Position numbers and translations under genes: made by a program. The notes below the pieces were generated by a model. That model saw only the letters and a list, made by a program, of their open reading frames with translations. It was not told where the DNA came from and did not search any database. From Candidatus Moanibacter sp. (GTDB lineage Bacteria; Verrucomicrobiota; Verrucomicrobiia; Opitutales; UBA2987), in assembly GCA_965215885.1 (NCBI GenBank), contig CBDCEW010000088.1:35853-99852 (forward strand): a stretch of DNA of 64,000 bases. Direction: 5' to 3'. Every line of letters begins with the position of its first letter. Position 1 is the stretch's first letter. Positions 63,597 through 64,000 of this stretch are shown piece after piece.

Positions 63597-64000
63597 ATGA
63601 ATCTGGTATTTACGGAGAAGCCGGTAGCGTCGAGACAGCCTTCTCGAGGGCGAGGCAAAGGAACGGGTAGCGGCGAAAACGTATCAAGATGCGGGGATGG
63701 AAGCCGAGCCGCGGTGGGAGCTGGTTGAAAAGTATCTGCCCTGGTCAAATCAATTGTGGCTCGAATGAGAATCTATTTTCCCCAGGAGGTCGACATCGAG
63801 GATATTTATAGTGTCGGGATATCCGGCTTGATCACCGCTACCTGCCGTTGCGACCCGAAAAAGATTAAGTCCTTCGGCAGCTATGCCACCTTGCGTGTGC
63901 GCGGCGCAATACTTGACGAGCTGCGTCGATTGGACTGGATGCCGCGCGCTAATCGGGTGATGGCCAAGAAGTATCGGAGGGTTATCGAGGAACTCGAACA
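63597..64000 (+). CDS. fliA: FliA/WhiG sigma28 factor (3' partial; N-terminal frameshift or start at 63697)
   Basis: ELVEKYLPLVKSIV..FGSYATLRVRGAILDELRRLDW; the ATG 63597 frame stops near 63728. Confidence 0.9.

Noticed and set aside
1..64000. tRNA or rRNA genes
   Set aside because: None recognised by eye; a covariance-model scan was not possible.

Overview
Bacterial chromosome segment, most likely Verrucomicrobiota/Opitutia (inferred from flagellar gene order and an Opitutaceae-like C-terminal domain). From left to right it holds: a DUF4331 x2 - TPR - HupE/UreJ cluster whose TPR gene is split by an IS; housekeeping and envelope genes (RAYT transposase, acylphosphatase, cysteine dioxygenase, amidase, HtrA-like protease, FG-GAP protein, Ski2-like helicase, prepilin); a minus-strand signalling block (hybrid HK, Rcp1-like RR, MASE3 HK, HDOD, CheD, HD-GYP RR); and a sigma54-led flagellar operon flgB..fliA. 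Five IS copies and several MITE/REP families are present. The highlight is an IS110 element (33814-35517) whose bridge RNA can be read directly from the sequence. Its target-loop guides match the terminal repeat of a host ~97-bp MITE into which it inserted at a CT core. Its donor-loop guides match its own circle junction, which builds a TTGACG-17-TATAGT promoter. Unoccupied targets lie elsewhere in the window. Also notable: an unclassified two-ORF frameshifting IS with a nested hairpin end and no TSD inside fliK, and IS4 copies targeting a repeated palindrome. Several frameshift/nonsense lesions may be sequencing artefacts.
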